Source of the DNA: Blastocatellia bacterium
GTDB lineage: Bacteria; Acidobacteriota; Blastocatellia; RBC074
Direction of reading: 5' to 3'
NCBI GenBank assembly: GCA_046155785.1
Contig: JBJXFR010000208.1
Span: 18-64,017 of the forward strand
DNA length: 64,000 nt
Position 1 is the first letter of the stretch; the number at the start of each line of letters is the position of its first letter. Position numbers and translations under genes: made by a program. The notes below the pieces were generated by a model that was not told where the DNA came from, searched no databases, and worked only from the letters and a program-made list of their open reading frames with translations. Below, piece by piece: positions 43,270 to 52,562 of this stretch.

Positions 43270-44622
43270 ATGGCTACTGATGTTTTGATGCCCCAGATGG
43301 GCGAATCTATTGCTGAAGGCACAATTGTTAAATGGCTGAAAAAAGTCGGCGACACCGTCGGACGCGACGAACCGTTGCTGGAAATTTCTACCGATAAAGT
43401 TGACGCCGAAGTTCCATCGCCCGCCGCAGGCGTGCTGGTGGAAATTCTGGCCAAAGAAGGCGAAACAGTTCTGGTCAACGCCATCATCGGTCGTTTGGGC
43501 GAAGCTGGTGAAGCAAGCGCTCCTGCTGCTGCCGCTCCCGCGCCGGTTGTCGAAACTCCAAAACCAGCGCCTGCGCCGGAACCTGTTGCGGCTCCTGCTG
43601 CTCAGCCTGCGCCTGCCGCATCAGCGCCAGCAGGCAGCGAAGAATCAGAAGGCGGCAAGGTTCGTTCTTCGCCTCTGGTTCGTAACATTGCACGCGAACA
43701 CGGAGTCAATTTGGAACAAGTCACCGGCACAGGCCTCGGTGGTCGCGTCACCAAAGAAGACATTCTGGGCTTCATCGAACGCGGCAAAGGCTCTGCTGCG
43801 CCAGTTGCCGCTCCGGCTGTTTCCGCCGCGCCAGTCGCCGCGCCAGTTCAAGTTGCTGCGCCCGCGCCAGTTGCCGCTCCGCCGGTTCCGGTCGCTCCGG
43901 TGTTCGCCGCTGGCGACCGAGTCACCATCGAACCAATGACGAATATGCGCCGCCGCATCGCCGAAAACATGCTCAACAGCAAACGCACTTCGGCTCACGT
44001 GACCACTTTCTTTGAAGTGGATTTCACGAACATTGCCCGTTTGCGCGACAAGGTGAAAAAGAGCTTTGAAGCACAAAACGGAACCAAGCTGACCTTCCTG
44101 CCTTTCGTCATCAAAGCGACGATTGACGCGCTGAAGGCTCTGCCGATCGTCAACTCTTCGGTCGAAGGCGACAGCATCGTATACAAACACGATTACAACG
44201 TCGGCATCGCCGTCGCGCTGGATTGGGGATTGATCGTGCCGGTTATCAAACAGGCCGACGCCCTGAGCATCACCGGCCTGGCTCGCGCTTCTCAGGATTT
44301 GGCCAATCGCGCGCGCGCCAAACAGCTTAAACCCGATGAGATTTCAGGCGGAACTTTCTCAATCACGAACTTTGGGCTGTATGGCGGATACACGGCGACT
44401 CCGATCATCAACCAACCGCAAGTCGCAATTCTGGGAATGGGCGGCATCCACAAAAAACCGTGGGTGATTGAAACTCCGGCGGGAGACGCTATTGCCATCC
44501 GCCACATCGGCGTGATGAGCCTGTCGTTCGATCATCGGATCATTGATGGAGCTGTCGGAGATCAATTCCTGGCTCACATCAAAAAGACGATTGAAACGAC
44601 TGATTTTTCAGCGTTGCTTTAA
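43270..44622 (+). CDS. sucB: 2-oxo-acid dehydrogenase E2, dihydrolipoamide acyltransferase (SucB/DlaT-like)
   Basis: Lipoyl domain STDKV, E3-binding SPLVR..GTGLGGRV, catalytic FDHRIIDG; substrate specificity not determinable from sequence. Confidence 0.8.
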   Translation: MATDVLMPQMGESIAEGTIVKWLKKVGDTVGRDEPLLEISTDKVDAEVPSPAAGVLVEILAKEGETVLVNAIIGRLGEAGEASAPAAAAPAPVVETPKPAPAPEPVAAPAAQPAPAASAPAGSEESEGGKVRSSPLVRNIAREHGVNLEQVTGTGLGGRVTKEDILGFIERGKGSAAPVAAPAVSAAPVAAPVQVAAPAPVAAPPVPVAPVFAAGDRVTIEPMTNMRRRIAENMLNSKRTSAHVTTFFEVDFTNIARLRDKVKKSFEAQNGTKLTFLPFVIKATIDALKALPIVNSSVEGDSIVYKHDYNVGIAVALDWGLIVPVIKQADALSITGLARASQDLANRARAKQLKPDEISGGTFSITNFGLYGGYTATPIINQPQVAILGMGGIHKKPWVIETPAGDAIAIRHIGVMSLSFDHRIIDGAVGDQFLAHIKKTIETTDFSALL

Positions 44623-44629
44623 GGTGATT

Positions 44630-44694
44630 GGTGACAGGTTGTAGGTTGCAGAAGTTCTCTCAGCCTACAACCTGCCACCTACAACCTGCCACCT
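44630..44694. repeat. Inverted heptamer repeats (AGGTTGT-like / CCTACAA-CCTGCCA)
   Basis: ggtgacaggttgtaggttgcag ... cctacaacctgccacctacaacctgccacct. Confidence 0.75.
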
Positions 44695-45351
44695 ATGACA
44701 GTTTGCGAAACACGTTATCTCGGCTTGATGCCTTACGGCGAAGCGCACGAACTGCAAAGGCAGTTAGTTGAGCAACGCAAAGCTGACGAGATTCCTGACA
44801 CGTTTTTGCTGCTCGAACATCCGCACGTCATCACTCTGGGGCGAGCGGCAGACCGAACAAACATTCTGGCCGACGAAGCGAAACGCGCTCAGTTCGGGGT
44901 TGAGCTTCACGAAACAGGGCGCGGCGGAGACGTGACGTACCACGGCCCCGGACAGTTGGTTGGCTATCCGATTTTGAAGCTGGAACCCGGTCGCCAGGAC
45001 ATTCGCCGTTATGTGCGGGATTTGCAGGAGGTGTTAATCCGAACTGCTGCCGATTTCGGAGTCACGGCAGAACCGCGCGGCGGAGAGTTCGTCGGCGTTT
45101 GGGTCGGCAACGAAAAGCTGGCGGCAATCGGCATTCGCATTTCTCGGTGGGTGACGATGCACGGGTTTGCTTTTAACGTCACCACAGATTTGAACTACTT
45201 TCGATTGATCGTGCCGTGCGGCATCAAACCCGATGGCGGACACGGTGTCACTTCACTCCAACAACTCATCGGCAAGCAGTTTGCCACGCAGGAAGTCGCC
45301 GAACGTGTGAAACACCACTTCGGCGAAGTGTTCAACCGCTCAATCCACTGA
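44695..45351 (+). CDS. lipB: Octanoyltransferase LipB
   Basis: LEHPHVITLGR, RGGDVTYHGPGQLVGY, KLAAIG, HGFAFN, IVPCG. Confidence 0.96.
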   Translation: MTVCETRYLGLMPYGEAHELQRQLVEQRKADEIPDTFLLLEHPHVITLGRAADRTNILADEAKRAQFGVELHETGRGGDVTYHGPGQLVGYPILKLEPGRQDIRRYVRDLQEVLIRTAADFGVTAEPRGGEFVGVWVGNEKLAAIGIRISRWVTMHGFAFNVTTDLNYFRLIVPCGIKPDGGHGVTSLQQLIGKQFATQEVAERVKHHFGEVFNRSIH

Positions 45352-45360
45352 TAAACGACT

Positions 45361-46854
45361 ATGCCAAAACTCTCGCTCACCCAACAGATTTTCATCGGAC
45401 TGATTATCGGAATCATCGTCGGCTACTTGATTCATAGCTCAGACCGCGCGCCTGGCGCGAAACAGCAATTGATTGAAACGGTCAATCGTGTTGACGCTGA
45501 TTCCCAGGCCAAATCGGATGTTCTGGCGGCGTTGAATAAAGTGGACACGCCCACGAAAGCCGCCGATTTTGTGAAAACCATTGGTCAGTCCACTGCGTTG
45601 TCGGCCACTGCCAAAGAGCAAGTCGTGGCTTCAGCCAAAGAACTCGACGCGGCTTACAAACACAAAGAAGAATGGATTCAGTGGGTGCGCGTGCTCAGCC
45701 GTATCTTTCTCAATCTGATTAAGATGCTGATTGCGCCGTTGATCTTTTCCACGTTAGTTGTGGGCATCGCCAGTGCAGGCGATATGCGAAAAGTCGGACG
45801 TATCGGCGTCAAAGCGATGGCCTATTTCACCATGGCCACACTGCTGGCGCTGGTCATTGGTCTGGTAGCGGTCAACATCACCAAGCCCGGTCTGGGCGTC
45901 AACCTGCCCAGCGAACAAAGCGCCGAAGCCAAAGAGATCGCCGCGAACGCCAGCAAGATGAGTCCGCAAAACCACATCGTCAACGTTTTTCCGACCAGCC
46001 TGATTAAGTCCATGGCGGATAACGATGTGCTGCAAATCGTGGTGTTCAGTTTGATCTTCGCCGTCGCGCTGGCGGGCATAGGTGAAAAAGCAAAACCGAT
46101 GATCGCCTTTTGCGAATCGCTTTCAGAGGCGATGTTCAAGTTTACAAACTACGTCATGAAGTTTGCGCCGTGGGGGGTCGGCGCGGCCATTGCCGTCACG
46201 GTCGGAGGCAAAGGCTTATGGGTATTGTGGAATTTGGCTAAGCTAATTTTGACGCTTTATGGCGCGCTGGCCGTTTTCATTCTGATCGTATTGTTGCCGG
46301 TCGCCATCATGATCCGTTTACCGTTCAAACGATTTTTCCAGTTGGTCAGAGAACCGGCCACGTTGGCATTCGTGACAACTTCCAGCGAATCGGCTTTCCC
46401 GAAAGCGTTGGAAAACATGGAGCGATTGGGCGTGCCGCGCCGCATTGTCAGTTTTATTTTGCCGCTCGGTTATAGCTTCAACCTGGACGGTTCGACGCTG
46501 TATCTGTCGCTTGCCGCGATGTTTGTCGCCCAAGCCGCCAACATACATCTTTCTGTCGGCCAGCAAATTACGATGTTATTGACCTTGATGCTTTCAACCA
46601 AAGGCATTGCCGCCGTGCCGCGAGCTTCGCTGGTGGTGTTGGCCGGAACCCTGGCGCAATTCGGATTGCCGCTGGAAGGCATCGCGCTGATTCTTGGCGT
46701 GGATGAATTCATGGATATGGCTCGGACGGCGACAAACGTCATCGGCAACTGTTTGGCGACGGCGGTTGTTGCTCGCTGGGAAGGCGAATTCAATGACGCG
46801 GGTAATGACATCATCGCCCCGCTTGACCCAAGCATTACGCCTCACAGTCATTAG
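45361..46854 (+). CDS. Dicarboxylate/amino acid:cation symporter (GltP/DctA family)
   Basis: TTSSES, GYSFNLDG, KGIAAVPRAS, DMARTATNVIGN. Confidence 0.92.
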   Translation: MPKLSLTQQIFIGLIIGIIVGYLIHSSDRAPGAKQQLIETVNRVDADSQAKSDVLAALNKVDTPTKAADFVKTIGQSTALSATAKEQVVASAKELDAAYKHKEEWIQWVRVLSRIFLNLIKMLIAPLIFSTLVVGIASAGDMRKVGRIGVKAMAYFTMATLLALVIGLVAVNITKPGLGVNLPSEQSAEAKEIAANASKMSPQNHIVNVFPTSLIKSMADNDVLQIVVFSLIFAVALAGIGEKAKPMIAFCESLSEAMFKFTNYVMKFAPWGVGAAIAVTVGGKGLWVLWNLAKLILTLYGALAVFILIVLLPVAIMIRLPFKRFFQLVREPATLAFVTTSSESAFPKALENMERLGVPRRIVSFILPLGYSFNLDGSTLYLSLAAMFVAQAANIHLSVGQQITMLLTLMLSTKGIAAVPRASLVVLAGTLAQFGLPLEGIALILGVDEFMDMARTATNVIGNCLATAVVARWEGEFNDAGNDIIAPLDPSITPHSH

Positions 46855-46883
46855 ACGGCTGCTGAGGCTATAATCGGTTTGTT

Positions 46884-47852
46884 ATGAGATCACTAAAAGA
46901 CAGATTGCCGAAACCGGAATGGTTGAAGATCAAACTCAACATGGGCGAAGACTTTCTGGAAGTCCGCCGGATGATGAACGATCTGAACCTGAACACGGTT
47001 TGTCAGGAAGCTCGGTGTCCGAACATTTACGAATGCTGGTCGAACCGCACGGCGACTTTCATGATTGCGGGCGATGTTTGCACACGGCGCTGCGGTTTTT
47101 GCGCCGTCAGCAAGGGCGAACCTAAGCCGCTGGATGTTGGCGAACCTATGCACGTCGCCGAAGCCGTCAAAAAATTGAACCTGCAACACGCCGTCATCAC
47201 AGGCGTCAACCGTGACGACAAAACCGATGGCGGAGCCGAACACTGGGCGGCAACCATCAAAGCCGTTCGCGCCGTGAATCCCGAATGCAAAGTTGAAGTT
47301 CTAATTCCTGATTTTGAAGGCAATCAGGAAGCCTTGCAGGTCGTGCTTGACGCTCAGCCTGACGTGCTGAATCACAACACGGAAACCGTTCCGCGCTTGT
47401 ATCGCCGAGTCCGTCCGCATGCCCAATATGCCGAATGGACAATGACCTTGCTGCGTCGAGCCGCCGATTACCGCAATCGCGTGATGCCAACGATGTTGAC
47501 GAAATCAGGAATCATGGTCGGTTTGGGCGAAACGACTGAAGAAATCGTTGAAACCATGCGCGATCTTCGCGCAACGGATTGCGACATTCTGACCATCGGC
47601 CAATATCTGCAACCGTCGGAGCGCCGTTTGCCGGTTGAAAAGTTTTACACGCCTGCAGAGTTCGCTGAATTCAAACGCCTTGGCCTGGAAATGGGATTTC
47701 GTTATGTCGAATCCGGGCCGCTTGTACGATCAAGCTATCACGCTCACGAACACAAACCGGAAAACGCCCACAAACTGAGCGAAGCTCTTTTTGAACAACC
47801 AGCAAATCCGCGCGAACTGCGCGTGCTGAACAACTTCAATCTGGCAACATAA
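46884..47852 (+). CDS. lipA: Lipoyl synthase
   Basis: [24 protein letters not shown]. Confidence 0.97.
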   Translation: MRSLKDRLPKPEWLKIKLNMGEDFLEVRRMMNDLNLNTVCQEARCPNIYECWSNRTATFMIAGDVCTRRCGFCAVSKGEPKPLDVGEPMHVAEAVKKLNLQHAVITGVNRDDKTDGGAEHWAATIKAVRAVNPECKVEVLIPDFEGNQEALQVVLDAQPDVLNHNTETVPRLYRRVRPHAQYAEWTMTLLRRAADYRNRVMPTMLTKSGIMVGLGETTEEIVETMRDLRATDCDILTIGQYLQPSERRLPVEKFYTPAEFAEFKRLGLEMGFRYVESGPLVRSSYHAHEHKPENAHKLSEALFEQPANPRELRVLNNFNLAT

Positions 47853-47887
47853 AGCCAGGCAAACTTTATCAGGAGAGATTTTTTTCG

Positions 47888-48634
47888 ATGTACAAATTGG
47901 TTTTGATTCGCCACGGCGAAAGCGCCTGGAACAAGGAAAACCGTTTTACCGGTTGGACGGATGTTGATCTGTCTGACAAAGGCCGCGAAGAAGCTAAAGC
48001 TGCTGGCGAAACGCTGAAAGCCGAAGGCTTTACGTTTGATGTGGCGTTCACTTCGGTGTTGAAGCGCGCGATTCGCACTTTGTGGACGGTGTTGGACGGA
48101 TTGGATTTGATGTGGATTCCGGTTCACCATTCCTGGCGGCTGAACGAACGCCATTACGGCGCGCTGCAAGGTTTGAACAAAGCCGAAACTGCCGCCAAGT
48201 TTGGCGACGATCAAGTCAAAATCTGGCGGCGCAGTTACGACATTCCTCCACCAGATTTGGAAAAGACAGACGAACGTTATCCGGGCAACGATCCGCGTTA
48301 CGCCGATCTGACCGAAGCCGAGCTGCCGTTGACCGAATGCTTGAAAGACACTGTCGCGCGAATGCTGCCGCACTGGCAAGATCAGATTGCTCCGGCAGTC
48401 AAAGCCGGAAAGCGTGTGATTGTCGCTGCACACGGTAATAGCTTACGCGCGCTGGTCAAATATCTGGATGACATGTCCGAAGAAGACATCATTAACCTAA
48501 ACATTCCGACAGGTATTCCTTTGGTTTACGAACTGGATGAAAACCTGAAACCGATAAAACACTATTACCTGGGTGACGCCGAAGCGATTGCCAAAGCCGC
48601 TGACGCCGTCGCCAATCAAGGCAAAGCAAAATAA
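47888..48634 (+). CDS. gpmA: 2,3-BPG-dependent phosphoglycerate mutase
   Basis: [28 protein letters not shown]. Confidence 0.98.
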   Translation: MYKLVLIRHGESAWNKENRFTGWTDVDLSDKGREEAKAAGETLKAEGFTFDVAFTSVLKRAIRTLWTVLDGLDLMWIPVHHSWRLNERHYGALQGLNKAETAAKFGDDQVKIWRRSYDIPPPDLEKTDERYPGNDPRYADLTEAELPLTECLKDTVARMLPHWQDQIAPAVKAGKRVIVAAHGNSLRALVKYLDDMSEEDIINLNIPTGIPLVYELDENLKPIKHYYLGDAEAIAKAADAVANQGKAK

Positions 48635-48737
48635 CCTGGGTACGCATCGCTTCCAGCGTGCGGTCTTGGCAAGAGATGTTTTGGCGGCCAATGATCGAAT
48701 GGCCGAGACTGCGAGCCGGAGGCATCGCGTACCCAGG
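48635..48737. repeat. REP/MITE-like palindromic element with terminal inverted repeats CCTGGGTACGC/GCGTACCCAGG
   Basis: 11-bp perfect outer IR with imperfect inner arms (cggtcttggc/gccgagactg); partial CTGGGTACGC also near 27977. Confidence 0.6.
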
Positions 48738-48750
48738 ATGGAGGTTCCCA

Positions 48751-50082
48751 ATGCCGATCCGCTGTCTGTTGATATTAACGTTCCTTTGCGCTTCATCAAT
48801 CATCGTCAATGCTCAGGATCGCTGGCCGCAATTTCGCGGCGCGCAATCTCTGGGCGTAACCGAAGACCCGGCTCTGCCTGAAAAGTGGAGCGCGACGGAA
48901 AACGTCGCCTGGAAAACCGATATTGCTGGCATCGGATGGTCTTCGCCGATTGTCTGGGGCAATCAGGTGTTTCTGACTTCGGTCATCAACACTGGCGACA
49001 CTGAACCGCCGAAGAAAGGGTTGTATTTCGGCGGCGAACGTCCGGTTCCGCCTGCTGAGCATCGCTGGATGGTTTACGCCGTTAATTTCCAAACCGGCAA
49101 GGTAATGTGGGAACGCGAAGTTTATAAAGGTATCCCGAAATTTTCGCGGCATTTGAAAAACAGCTTTGCTTCGGAAACGCCGGTCACTGACGGCGAACGT
49201 GTTTACGCTTACTTCGGCAACGTCGGACTGTTCGTCTTTGATATGAAAGGAACCCTGTTGTGGAAACAGATGTTCGACGCCAAGAAGACTCGTTTCGGAT
49301 GGGGAACGGCGGCTTCGCCTGTGGTTTACAAAGACCGCATTTTCCTCGTCAACGACAACGACGAACAATCGGCATTGCTGGCTTTGGACAAAAAGACTGG
49401 CAAGCAAATCTGGAAAGTTGACCGCGAAGTCGGAACCAATTGGGCTACGCCGTACATTTGGGAAAGCGGCCAGCGCACGGAGTTGGTGATTCCGGGAACG
49501 AAAGCCGTTCGCTCTTACGATCTGGATGGCAAGACGCTGTGGGAATTCAAAGGCATGTCGTCCATCGCCATTCCGGTTCCGTTTTCAAAATTTGGTTTGC
49601 TGTATATCGCTTCAGGTTACGTCGGCGACCAGCATCGCCCGGTGTACGCAATCAAACCCGGAGCCTCGGGCGACATTTCGTTGAAGGAAGGCGAAACCAG
49701 CAACCAATTCATCGTCTGGTATCAGCGACAGGCTGGCCCTTATAACCCTTCGCCGATTGTTTACGGCGATCTGTATTACACCTTGCTTGATCGAGGTTTT
49801 TTCACGGCTCACGACGCCAAAACCGGCAAGGAAGTTTACGGCAAACAGCGTATTGATCCGGCGGCTGGAGCTTTCACGTCTTCGCCCTGGGCTTACAACG
49901 GCAAGCTTTTTGCCTTGAGCGAAGATGGCGACACTTTCGTCATTCAAGCAGGCAACGAATACAAACTGGTCGGCAAAAACTCGCTGGATGAAATGTGCAT
50001 GGCGACCCCGGCGATTGCCAAAGGCAGTTTGATTATTCGCACGGCGACGAAGCTTTATCGCATCTCGAAAAGCGGCAAGTAG
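48751..50082 (+). CDS. Secreted PQQ-like (BamB-type) beta-propeller protein
   Basis: Signal peptide, WPQFRG, repeated SSP/TP motifs and GKxxW repeats. Confidence 0.88.
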   Translation: MPIRCLLILTFLCASSIIVNAQDRWPQFRGAQSLGVTEDPALPEKWSATENVAWKTDIAGIGWSSPIVWGNQVFLTSVINTGDTEPPKKGLYFGGERPVPPAEHRWMVYAVNFQTGKVMWEREVYKGIPKFSRHLKNSFASETPVTDGERVYAYFGNVGLFVFDMKGTLLWKQMFDAKKTRFGWGTAASPVVYKDRIFLVNDNDEQSALLALDKKTGKQIWKVDREVGTNWATPYIWESGQRTELVIPGTKAVRSYDLDGKTLWEFKGMSSIAIPVPFSKFGLLYIASGYVGDQHRPVYAIKPGASGDISLKEGETSNQFIVWYQRQAGPYNPSPIVYGDLYYTLLDRGFFTAHDAKTGKEVYGKQRIDPAAGAFTSSPWAYNGKLFALSEDGDTFVIQAGNEYKLVGKNSLDEMCMATPAIAKGSLIIRTATKLYRISKSGK

Positions 50083-50272
50083 TGTTTTGCAAACGGAGAT
50101 GCTGCGACAGGCAAAGAGCGCTTACCGATTGCAAATTTTCCATAGCGATTTTGGGTGGAAGAGGTAAGTTTTACAGAAAGTCGTTTGGCCTTAGTTTGAG
50201 CTTGATGCCATGAAACGCGAAAAAAGCCTGTCGTTATTGAGCTTAAGCGCTTTTTTCAATATCGCCGCACTC

Positions 50273-50288
50273 TGGCATCGTGGTTGCA
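50273..50288 (+). promoter_or_regulatory. Sigma54 (-24/-12) promoter
   Basis: TGGCATCGTGGTTGCA matches TGGCA-N6-TTGC with exact GG-N10-GC spacing; no credible ORF follows. Confidence 0.65.
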
Positions 50289-50296
50289 CTAGCTTA

Positions 50297-50433
50297 GGTG
50301 GGGCAACGAGATACCAGGTGGTTAATCCCACTGACGGTGTCAGCGGTTATCATCGGTGAGGAAGGTAACCGCACTTATCAGGCGCGACAGGCAATCCCAC
50401 GACTGTCGCGCCTATTTCTTTTTCCGGCCACCC
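50297..50433 (+). ncRNA. Candidate sigma54-dependent small RNA, copy B (three hairpins, repeated AAUCCCAC)
   Basis: Hairpins at 50311-50340, 50343-50372 and 50380-50413 followed by a U-tract; AATCCCAC at 50324 and 50393; ends GGCCACCC. Confidence 0.6.
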
Positions 50434-50437
50434 CTTC

Positions 50438-51361
50438 TCAAGCCTTCGGGTGCGCCTTGTCATAAACTTCCATCAATTTGTCAGTTGAAACGTGTGTGTA
50501 TTTTTGTGTGGTCGAAAGCCGCGCGTGACCTAGCATTTCCTGAATCGCGCGCAAATCCGCTCCCGCATCCAGCAAATGGGTGGCGAACGAGTGTCGCAAG
50601 CTGTGCGGGCTAATGTGCTGAATCTCCGCGCACATCTTGACGTGCTTATCCACCATTCTGCCAACCGAACGCGGATTTATGCGCGTGCCCTGATAATTGA
50701 AAAACAATGTTGATGGGTCGCGTTTGTCTTCATCTGCTTCAATCAACAGCTCGCCGCGCACAGCCAGATAATTCTGCAAAGCCGTCAGTGCGTGATTACC
50801 AAACGGAACTATGCGCTCTTTCCGTCCTTTGCCTTTGACGCGGACGGTTTGGTTAGGGAAATCAACGTCGGTCAGGTTCAAGCCAACCATTTCCGATACG
50901 CGCAATCCGCTGGCGTAAAGCAATTCCAACATTGCGCGATCACGTTTGCCCAGCAGGGTTTCAGTATCCGGCGTTTCAATGAATCGAATCATCTGTTCGA
51001 TGGTCAGGTGCTTTGGCAACGTGCGTTCGACGCGCGGCGAAGCGACCAGCTTGGCAGGATTCATTTCCATCACGCCTTCGCGACACAGGTAGCGAAAGAA
51101 GCTTCGCAAACTGGCGACTTTGCGATGGATGGAGCTTTTCTTTTTCTTCTTCTCGTACAGCGAAGCCAGGTATTCACGGACAGTCAAATGGTCTATGTCG
51201 CGCACGTTGACTGTGCGTCGCTTGCCGTCTTCATCCGGCGGAGCCACGTAATCGTAAAACTGACTCAAATCGCTTTCGTAATTCCGCAGCGTGTGCGGAG
51301 AAGCATTCCGCTCGTATTTCAAATGCTTCATGAAATCATCCAGGTGATTTTGCACAGGCAC
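50438..51361 (-). CDS. xerC: Tyrosine recombinase XerC
   Basis: [55 protein letters not shown]. Confidence 0.93.
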   Translation of the reverse strand: MPVQNHLDDFMKHLKYERNASPHTLRNYESDLSQFYDYVAPPDEDGKRRTVNVRDIDHLTVREYLASLYEKKKKKSSIHRKVASLRSFFRYLCREGVMEMNPAKLVASPRVERTLPKHLTIEQMIRFIETPDTETLLGKRDRAMLELLYASGLRVSEMVGLNLTDVDFPNQTVRVKGKGRKERIVPFGNHALTALQNYLAVRGELLIEADEDKRDPSTLFFNYQGTRINPRSVGRMVDKHVKMCAEIQHISPHSLRHSFATHLLDAGADLRAIQEMLGHARLSTTQKYTHVSTDKLMEVYDKAHPKA

Positions 51362-51384
51362 ACTCCGTAAATCTGAAATTTAAT

Positions 51385-52386
51385 TCAACGCGCGTCCGCC
51401 ATGCTAAGCAACACGGCTTCTGTCGCCACTTGGCGATTGATGTTAATGCGAAGGCTTTTGCGAACCTCGCCGATTTTCTCGCTCCAAATTGCGACGCGCG
51501 ATAAGCCAACCGTTTCGGCAAGCTGTTGCAAACGATCCACAATATCTACATTGACGATCTGATTTTGTGAGCCTCCGCCAGAGAGCAAAAGCAGATCGCG
51601 CAACAGCGAAGTCAGCAAGTCGAGTTCTTTTTCAAATTCGTCCCGTTCTTTTTTGCCGATGTATTCGGCGGCTTTCAACAAACGAACTCGATCTTGTCCC
51701 TTTGCAATGAGTTCCAGCAACTCCATCAATGTGCGGCGCTCTTGCCGGTAAAACGACAGATCGAACGCTGTCGCTTGCCCGACACGGCCTTCGGTCACGC
51801 GAGCCAGCAACGCATTGTCAGCAGCCGGGCGCGGATAATTTTCAGCCAAAAACTTTTCCATCTCGTCGGTTGGCAATGGCGCAAAGTTGATGCGCTGCGC
51901 CCGCGAACGAATTGTTTGCAGCAACGAATTAGGGCGCGCGGTCAGCAAGATTAACGTCGAGGTCGCTGGCGGCTCTTCCAAAGTTTTCAGCATTGAATTG
52001 GCGGCTTCATCGCGCAAACGATCCGCTTCATCAAGAATGAAAAAGCGTTGCCGGCCTTCGCGCGGCCGGTAATAAACCTCTTCGGCCAACGCGCGCGTTT
52101 GAGCAATTTTGATGAACTGGCCGTCGGGTCGAATCGTCGTGACATCGCCATAAACGCCTTCGTCAATTCGCCTACAAACCGCGCATTCATCGCAACTGTC
52201 GGTGGCAAATGAATCGGCGGGGGCTTTCAGGCAATTGGCGGCTTTGGCCAGAGTCAGCGCGAACTGGCGCTTGCCGACTCCGTCAGGCCCGGCAAAAATC
52301 ATGGTCGCCGAAATGCGTTTGTTGCTTAGCAAACGTCGCAGAAGTTCTTTGTTACGGTCGTTACCGATCAATTGGGCGAAAGACAT
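51385..52386 (-). CDS. holB: DNA polymerase III subunit delta'
   Basis: FAGPDGVGK, C-x-CDECAVC zinc module, AANSMLKTLEEPP, TIRSR. Confidence 0.93.
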   Translation of the reverse strand: MSFAQLIGNDRNKELLRRLLSNKRISATMIFAGPDGVGKRQFALTLAKAANCLKAPADSFATDSCDECAVCRRIDEGVYGDVTTIRPDGQFIKIAQTRALAEEVYYRPREGRQRFFILDEADRLRDEAANSMLKTLEEPPATSTLILLTARPNSLLQTIRSRAQRINFAPLPTDEMEKFLAENYPRPAADNALLARVTEGRVGQATAFDLSFYRQERRTLMELLELIAKGQDRVRLLKAAEYIGKKERDEFEKELDLLTSLLRDLLLLSGGGSQNQIVNVDIVDRLQQLAETVGLSRVAIWSEKIGEVRKSLRININRQVATEAVLLSMADAR

Positions 52387-52467
52387 GGTGTCAATTTATC
52401 GGCGCAACCAGCATTGTCAACCGCTGAAAGCGACGGCGGTAATGAAAATAGATATCGCCTGATTCAG

Positions 52468-52503
52468 ACTTGCCTTGACACAGTTTAGGTCGGTCTGTAC
52501 GCT
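52468..52503 (+). promoter_or_regulatory. Sigma70-type promoter of the ffh-rpsP operon
   Basis: TTGACA-N17-TACGCT. Confidence 0.55.
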
Positions 52504-52562
52504 TTGCGTTTTGCGTTTACCGCCAGATTGCCCTCTTGGCAGTTATCATCGGTTCAAATTCT

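Noticed and set aside
43510-43910. Low-complexity GCC/CCG repeats in the E2 gene
   Set aside because: Normal Ala/Pro-rich linkers of 2-oxo-acid dehydrogenase E2.
50438-51361. Tyrosine recombinase as a possible prophage or island integrase
   Set aside because: Size, motifs and housekeeping context (holB, ffh) fit chromosomal XerC; no att sites or phage genes nearby.
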